Shown one piece after another: positions 58,806 through 64,000 of a DNA stretch of 64,000 nt. The stretch spans positions 65,819 to 129,818 of the forward strand of contig JAFALY010000035.1 of NCBI GenBank assembly GCA_019233975.1. Direction: 5' to 3'. The number at the start of each line of letters is the position of its first letter. Position 1 is the stretch's first letter. The translations under genes were made by a program, and so were the position numbers. The notes below the pieces were generated by a model that saw nothing but the letters and a program-made list of their open reading frames with translations, made no database searches and was not told the DNA's origin. The stretch is from Alphaproteobacteria bacterium (lineage in GTDB: Bacteria > Pseudomonadota > Alphaproteobacteria > UBA9219).

Positions 58806-59864
58806 TCAAAAAACCTTGCGGCGGGCCTTGATGGCGGCGGCTTCGGCGTCGGGCAGGGTTTCACAGATAACCTGATTGCGGCCTGCGCCTTTGGCCTTGT
58901 AAAGGCCGGAGTCGGCGCGACCGATAAAGGATTCCATGTCTTCGCCCGGGCAGTATTCTGCGGCGCCGATGGACACCGTGATGACACCCAGCGTTTCGTT
59001 CGTGCTGCGTTTCTTGATCTGCTTGGTCGACAGGGCGCTGCGCAGCAGGTTGGCCACGCGTTCGGCGTCTTGCAAACGGGTTTGGGCCAGCAGGATAACA
59101 AATTCTTCGCCGCCGTAGCGAGCGATCACGTCGCGGCCTTTCAGGTTTTCAACCAGCGTGCGCGCAACAAGACGCAGCACCTGGTCGCCGATCTGGTGGC
59201 CATAGCTGTCGTTGAACTTCTTGAAGTGATCGATATCGACCATCAGCAGGGAAAGCGGCGCGGCATTGTCGCGCGCTTCGGCGGTCGTGTGGATCAGTTC
59301 CTTGTCGAAGAATTTGCGGTTACCGACTTCGGTCAGCGGGTCAATTTGCGATTCGCGGTGGATCTGGTCAAAGCTGGTGCGCATCTCGCTGAGCTGCTGT
59401 GTTGCTTCGGCCAATTGCGCAGCTAAACGTTCGTTCTGCGCCGACATGTTCAGGGTTTCTGCGGCGACCTTGGTCACGGCTTCACGGATCTGCTCCATGG
59501 ATTTGCCGCTCGTCAACGTGCCGGAGAAATCATCCAGCGTTTCTGAATATTGATTGGCGTCGTTCGAGGCGCGGTCAATCATGTCCAGCATGCGATTGAC
59601 TTCGCTTTCGATCGAAGCGTTCGCCTCTTGCAGCATCTTATGCTCGGCATCAATGCCCAGATGGGTCTGATATAATTCGTTGCAGTTGTCCTGCGTCAAG
59701 CTTGGTTGCTTGCTGAGAAAGATGTCGACTGCGGTGCGCAGACGCGGATTGCTGCCTGCGAAGTAGTAGTAGTAGATCGCGTAATTATTCGGGGTCGGCA
59801 CTAGTCCGTCGCGCTTCAGTCTTTCAAAAGCCTGTAGCGCCCATTGGTCTGGGGTATACGCCAT
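58806..59864 (-). CDS. diguanylate cyclase (GGDEF domain) with an N-terminal coiled-coil region
   Basis: 'RYGGEEF' active site; 'DPLTEVGNRKFF'. Confidence 0.8.
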   Translation of the reverse strand: MAYTPDQWALQAFERLKRDGLVPTPNNYAIYYYYFAGSNPRLRTAVDIFLSKQPSLTQDNCNELYQTHLGIDAEHKMLQEANASIESEVNRMLDMIDRASNDANQYSETLDDFSGTLTSGKSMEQIREAVTKVAAETLNMSAQNERLAAQLAEATQQLSEMRTSFDQIHRESQIDPLTEVGNRKFFDKELIHTTAEARDNAAPLSLLMVDIDHFKKFNDSYGHQIGDQVLRLVARTLVENLKGRDVIARYGGEEFVILLAQTRLQDAERVANLLRSALSTKQIKKRSTNETLGVITVSIGAAEYCPGEDMESFIGRADSGLYKAKGAGRNQVICETLPDAEAAAIKARRKVF

Positions 59865-59936
59865 AGTAAACGGGCCTGTTCTGCGTTGGTATAGTTAAAG
59901 AATACCCGAGTAATAAACCGAATCCCAGTATGAATA

Positions 59937-59960
59937 AAGAGTTTTCATGAAAAAACTCTT
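59937..59960 (-). terminator. hairpin (AAGAGTTTT / AAAACTCTT) between the bamE stop and the GGDEF gene start
   Basis: 9-bp A/T-rich stem with a 6-nt loop and flanking A/T runs on both sides. Confidence 0.35.
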
Positions 59961-59971
59961 GTGCGGGGCCG

Positions 59972-60454
59972 TCATTGCCCTTCGCGTTTGGCGCCCAGAG
60001 GCGTGGGGTGGGAAAGGTTGCCCAGCAGCTGGCGGATGAAGGTATCATTGCGGCCATAGGTGGGCGTTTCGCCGTCGGCGGGTGTGATATCTTGCGCGGT
60101 AGTCAGGTCCAGCGGTTCAATTGTTGCGACGATCCCCTGATCATTAAAATGAATCGCAACAGCCTTCTGTTCAACCACTTCCGGGTCGAAAAACGAATAT
60201 TGCTCGGTCCTGCGGCCGACATAGTACCAGGTTTTATCGTCAAAGGTGCTGATCTGGGTCGGTGTGCCCAGTTTGGTTGCAACTTCTTCACGCGTGCTGG
60301 TGCCTGCCTTAACCTCGGCCAAGCGGTCGGGGTCCAGAATATTGCCGCGCGTGGCGACTGTGGGCTCGCACGCGGTTATGGCCAGCGACAAAGCCACAAG
60401 AGCGGGCCCGCGCAGGCGGCGGCACAAATCAGACAGCGAAAAAACAACAGACAT
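59972..60454 (-). CDS. bamE: outer-membrane protein assembly factor BamE (SmpA/OmlA lipoprotein)
   Basis: Lipobox 'LAITAC' and SmpA_OmlA fold motifs ('TREEVATKLGTPT', 'WYYVG'). The start was moved to the Met of 'MSVVFSL'. Confidence 0.7.
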   Translation of the reverse strand: MSVVFSLSDLCRRLRGPALVALSLAITACEPTVATRGNILDPDRLAEVKAGTSTREEVATKLGTPTQISTFDDKTWYYVGRRTEQYSFFDPEVVEQKAVAIHFNDQGIVATIEPLDLTTAQDITPADGETPTYGRNDTFIRQLLGNLSHPTPLGAKREGQ

Positions 60455-60494
60455 CGACAAAGCTTGCCCCTGCGGCGCAGAACGTGCTTGATTA

Positions 60495-61112
60495 TTGAAG
60501 TTATCACAAAGCAACATAAATACAGTTTGGTCAAGTGCCATGATATCTGCCGCCACCACGTTTTTACAAAGATTGATGCGCCGCCTCGCGCCGCCTGTGG
60601 CCGAAGCGGAAATGGACGCGCTTTACCGGCTTTGCATCGTGGCCGCACGCCGCGACTCGTTTTACAAAGCGGGCGGCGTTCCCGACACGCTGGAAGGCCG
60701 GTTCGACCTGTTGCTGCTCCATGTCTGGCTCGCGATGCGACATTTGCCGGAAGACGCCGCACCGCGCGGGCAGCGTCAGCAATTGTTTGACATCATGTTT
60801 GCCGATATGGACCGCAATCTGCGTGAAATGGGCATCGGCGATATGGGCATTCCAAAGCGGATGAAGGCACTTCTGAACGGCTTTTATGGCCGGACGCAAG
60901 TGTATGAAAAAGCGTTGGGTGAGGCAGATGGCGATGCCGCGCTGGCGACCGCGCTCGCACGCAATGTATATTTTGTGCCAGAGGCAACGGCGCAGGCCCA
61001 CGCGCTGGCGGCCTATGTCAGGCAAGCCGACCAGATCCTGCGGGCGCAGGCATCGGCATTGGCGCAGGGACGCGCCGCGTTCCCGGATGCCGTTTTTCCC
61101 GATCTGGCTTGA
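60495..61112 (+). CDS. ubiquinol-cytochrome c chaperone family protein
   Basis: 'YKAGGVPDTLEGRFDLLLLHVWL' and 'MGIGDMG' Ubiq_cyt_C_chap motifs. Confidence 0.7.
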   Translation: MKLSQSNINTVWSSAMISAATTFLQRLMRRLAPPVAEAEMDALYRLCIVAARRDSFYKAGGVPDTLEGRFDLLLLHVWLAMRHLPEDAAPRGQRQQLFDIMFADMDRNLREMGIGDMGIPKRMKALLNGFYGRTQVYEKALGEADGDAALATALARNVYFVPEATAQAHALAAYVRQADQILRAQASALAQGRAAFPDAVFPDLA

Positions 61113-61136
61113 TCGCATAGAAGGCGGATAGAAATC

Positions 61137-61718
61137 ATGAAGCGTCAGCACACTCCCGACTATGAATTATCGCGCCCCTTGGTGGTTGATAAAATCTCCT
61201 CCAACGGCGTTGAGGATGATATCAAGGCAACCCCCAAGGAACGTGCTGCATTGGCGGCGCGGTTTGGCTTGATTGATTTGCCGATGTTACGGGCGCGTCT
61301 GCAATCGCACGCTTCGCATGCAGGTGCGGTGGTCAGCGTTGTGGGCAGGTTGGAAGCGGATGTGGTGCAGCCTTGCGTCGTGACGCTGGAGCCCGTCGCC
61401 GCGCATATCGAACAGGATATCGACGTTAAATTTTCTGCGATCGATACGACACCGGAAGCCAGCGCCATTCAGCATGATGCCGACGAAGACGATGTTGAGC
61501 CGATCGAAGGCGGCGTCATCGATTTGGGTGAGCTGGTGGCGCAACATCTTGGAATCGCGCTCAACCCCTATCCGCGCAAGGAAGGCGTTGCGTTTGACGA
61601 AGCCGAAATGGGCGCCCCACCCTCCCAACAGGCTGCTAATGATGCCGGTAAAGATACGAATAACCCCTTTGCGCGACTGGTTGAATTGCAAAAAAATCGT
61701 GATAAATCAGATAAATAG
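61137..61718 (+). CDS. yceD: YceD/DUF177 family protein (large-subunit biogenesis-associated)
   Basis: Conserved position immediately upstream of rpmF-plsX-fabH; conserved 'C...C' and an acidic C-terminus. Confidence 0.8.
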   Translation: MKRQHTPDYELSRPLVVDKISSNGVEDDIKATPKERAALAARFGLIDLPMLRARLQSHASHAGAVVSVVGRLEADVVQPCVVTLEPVAAHIEQDIDVKFSAIDTTPEASAIQHDADEDDVEPIEGGVIDLGELVAQHLGIALNPYPRKEGVAFDEAEMGAPPSQQAANDAGKDTNNPFARLVELQKNRDKSDK

Positions 61719-61850
61719 CATGTTGCCGCGCGTTTTTGCTTGCAATTCCCGCATATTTCCCTAGAACAGGCGGACTTGCGCGGTTGTACGGCGCCCTGGG
61801 GGGCGTTGTCCGCGCCTTAATTTTTGCCAAGATATTCGTGAGTAGAAGCC

Positions 61851-62036
61851 ATGGCCGTTCCTAAAAGAAAAACATCGAAATCCGTCCGCAATATGCGTCG
61901 TTCGCACCACGCGCTGGAAGCGACCAACTCGATCGAATGCCAAAACTGCGGCGAACCCAAGTTGCCGCATCATGTTTGTGGCGCTTGCGGCCACTATGAT
62001 GGCCGTTCGGTTGTGAAGTCGAAGAAATCTGCCTAA
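61851..62036 (+). CDS. rpmF: 50S ribosomal protein L32
   Basis: '[22 protein letters not shown]' plus a CxxC...CxxC zinc ribbon. Confidence 0.95.
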   Translation: MAVPKRKTSKSVRNMRRSHHALEATNSIECQNCGEPKLPHHVCGACGHYDGRSVVKSKKSA

Positions 62037-62072
62037 TCCTTCATAACGCCCGCTTTCGGGAGTCATCTGATC

Positions 62073-63191
62073 GTGTCCGACAGCCCCCAGAATGCTCAGG
62101 CCGCTTCTGCATCTGCTGCTTCGCAGGTCATCGCGCTGGATGCCATGGGGGGCGACCATGCACCCGCGATTGTTATCAAGGGTGCAGCACTCGCGCTGTC
62201 GCGTAACGCATCCCTGCGTTTTCTGGTTTTCGGCGATACAGCGCAAACCCAGCCATTGCTGCAACAGCATCCCGATCTGGCGAAAGCCTGCACGCTGCGC
62301 CACTGCACCGACGTTATTACACCGCATATGAAACCGTCGCTGGCCCTGCGTCAGGGGCGGCAATCCAGCATGCGTCTGGCCATCAATGCCGTGGCGGAAG
62401 GCGAAGCTTCCAGCATCGTTTCTGCTGGCAATACGGGCGCGCTTATGGCGTTGGCCAAATTCGTGCTGCGCGCCCTGCCGGGCATCGACCGCCCCGCGAT
62501 TGCCTCCATCATGCCGACCAAGAAGGGCGAGGTCGTCTTGCTCGACCTCGGCGCCAATCTGGAATGCGACGCTGAAAATCTGGTGCAGTTTGCGCTGATG
62601 GGCTCGCTGTTCTGTCGCGCGGTGTTGGGCACCGAACGTCCAACCATTGGCCTGCTGAATATCGGCACCGAAGAAATGAAGGGCCATGACGAAATCCGCA
62701 CGGCCGCCAACATTCTGCAGGAACGCCCTGTGCCGGGCATTTTCCGCGGGTTTGTCGAAGGGAATGATATTCTGGCGGGCACAGTCGATGTGGTCGTAAC
62801 CGACGGGTTCACGGGCAATGTCGCGCTGAAAACCATCGAAGGTACGGCGCAGTTGCTGGCGCATTTCCTGCGCGAAACATTCGGCTCCGGCCTGTTTGCG
62901 AAAATCGGCTATCTGCTGGCGCGCAAGGCGTTGGCCCGTTTCAAGCTGCGCGTCGATCCGCGCCGTTATAACGGCGCGCTGTTTCTGGGGTTGCAGGGCG
63001 TGTGCGTTAAAAGCCATGGCGGCACGGACGAAGAAGGTTTTGCCAACGCCATTCGCGTGGCGAATAACCTTGTTAAATATGGCCTGAACCAACGCATTGC
63101 CGAAGAGCTTGCGCTGCACTATGGTGCTGTGCCGCAGGCAGGGGATGCCCCGCCTGCCTTGGCGCTTCCTTCTGCAAACGGTTCGGTATGA
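62073..63191 (+). CDS. plsX: phosphate acyltransferase PlsX
   Basis: '[12 protein letters not shown]', 'GNTGALMA' and 'GGTDEEGF'. The GTG start is as listed. Confidence 0.9.
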   Translation: MSDSPQNAQAASASAASQVIALDAMGGDHAPAIVIKGAALALSRNASLRFLVFGDTAQTQPLLQQHPDLAKACTLRHCTDVITPHMKPSLALRQGRQSSMRLAINAVAEGEASSIVSAGNTGALMALAKFVLRALPGIDRPAIASIMPTKKGEVVLLDLGANLECDAENLVQFALMGSLFCRAVLGTERPTIGLLNIGTEEMKGHDEIRTAANILQERPVPGIFRGFVEGNDILAGTVDVVVTDGFTGNVALKTIEGTAQLLAHFLRETFGSGLFAKIGYLLARKALARFKLRVDPRRYNGALFLGLQGVCVKSHGGTDEEGFANAIRVANNLVKYGLNQRIAEELALHYGAVPQAGDAPPALALPSANGSV

Positions 63192-64000
63192 CAACACACA
63201 AAATGCTGCGTTCGGTCGTGATGGGGTGCGGGGGCTATCTGCCCGCGCAAATCGTGACCAATGACGAACTGGCCAAACGTGTGGACACATCCGACGAATG
63301 GATCACGCGCCGCACCGGCATCAAACAACGCCATATTGCCGGACCGGATGAAAAAACATCGGACCTGGCGCTGGCCGCCGCGCGTGAGGCGCTTGCCAAT
63401 GCTGGTATCGACGGCGCCACGCTGGACCTGATTATTGTCGCCACGACCACGCCCGATAATACGTTTCCCGCCACGGCAGTGCGTTTGCAGGCCGCGCTCG
63501 GCATGACGCATGGCTTCGCGTTCGATGTACAGGCCGTCTGTTCGGGCTTTGTCTATGCGCTGTCGGTTGCCGATAATTTTTTGCGTCTGGGTCAGGCGCG
63601 TCGCGCGCTGGTCATCGGCGCTGAAACATTTTCACGCCTGCTGGACTGGAATGACCGCACGACCTGCGTCCTGTTCGGTGATGGCGCTGGTGCGCTGGTG
63701 CTGGAAGCGGTCGAAGGCAAGGGTGATAAAACCGATCGCGGCGTCCTGTCCACGCATTTGCACAGCGATGGCCGCCATTACAACGCCCTGTACGCCGATG
63801 GCGGTCCGGGGTCGGATGGCCGCGTCGGCCATGTCCAGATGCATGGCCAGGAAGTATTCCGTCACGCGGTCACCAACCTGTCCAGTGTGGTTGACGAAGC
63901 ATTGGCCGCCAATCATCTGGCGCCCGAAGAAATCGACTGGCTGGTGCCGCATCAGGCGAACGAACGTATTATCGACGGCACGGCCAAGAAACTGAATATG
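63188..64000 (+). CDS. fabH: 3-oxoacyl-ACP synthase III (3' end lies outside the window)
   Basis: '[16 protein letters not shown]' and active-site Cys in '[15 protein letters not shown]'. ATGA overlap with the plsX stop. The frame is open to the window end. Confidence 0.9.
   Translation, partial: MTTHKMLRSVVMGCGGYLPAQIVTNDELAKRVDTSDEWITRRTGIKQRHIAGPDEKTSDLALAAAREALANAGIDGATLDLIIVATTTPDNTFPATAVRLQAALGMTHGFAFDVQAVCSGFVYALSVADNFLRLGQARRALVIGAETFSRLLDWNDRTTCVLFGDGAGALVLEAVEGKGDKTDRGVLSTHLHSDGRHYNALYADGGPGSDGRVGHVQMHGQEVFRHAVTNLSSVVDEALAANHLAPEEIDWLVPHQANERIIDGTAKKLNM

Noticed and set aside
61761-63290. 509-aa minus-strand ORF spanning rpmF-plsX-fabH
   Set aside because: Opposite well-conserved housekeeping genes; Arg/Gln-rich shadow frame.
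1-64000. CRISPR arrays, tRNA/rRNA genes, IS elements, integrases, phage structural genes
   Set aside because: I scanned for tandem direct repeats with spacers, tRNA-like T-arm motifs in the longer intergenic regions, and transposase/integrase-like ORFs, and found none. The S24 repressor locus has no accompanying phage or mobile genes, so no mobile element is called.

Overview
High-GC (about 58-60%) alphaproteobacterial chromosomal segment, densely coding on both strands. I found no rRNA, tRNA, CRISPR array, transposase or integrase. The core is housekeeping: a truncated MsbA-like ABC exporter, serB, pheA, metK-glmM, yidC-lnt, ALA synthase, hisA, hslVU, xth, apt, the lepB-rnc-era operon, miaB / ybeY-corC-engB, gpsA, acnA, and yceD-rpmF-plsX-fabH. 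Several cell-envelope lipid loci are interspersed: a translationally coupled hopanoid cassette hpnB-hpnC-hpnD-hpnE directly downstream of metK-glmM; the ornithine-lipid pair olsB-olsA downstream of mucR; and a polyprenyl-phosphate-sugar glycosylation-like module (flippase-like protein, GT2, PhyH dioxygenase, SDR, large GT-C-like membrane protein). The most unusual candidate system, as far as I can tell undescribed, is a divergent three-gene module at 33.1-36.9 kb: a D-Ala-D-Ala-ligase-family ATP-grasp enzyme with an insertion and a long C-terminal tail, an alpha/beta hydrolase, and a MurF-like Mur ligase carrying an N-terminal polytopic membrane domain of about 170 aa. Next to it sit an S24 (LexA/CI-like) repressor and a divergently transcribed unknown gene, separated by repeated operator-like palindromes. 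Other oddities are a bacterial protein with a perfect match to the class-I cyclic-nucleotide phosphodiesterase signature, a standalone ClpA/B D1-like AAA+ protein after a His-rich OmpA-like protein, Lys/Ala/Pro-rich tails on Era, phasin and YbeY, and a missing phoH replaced by a tiny ORF.
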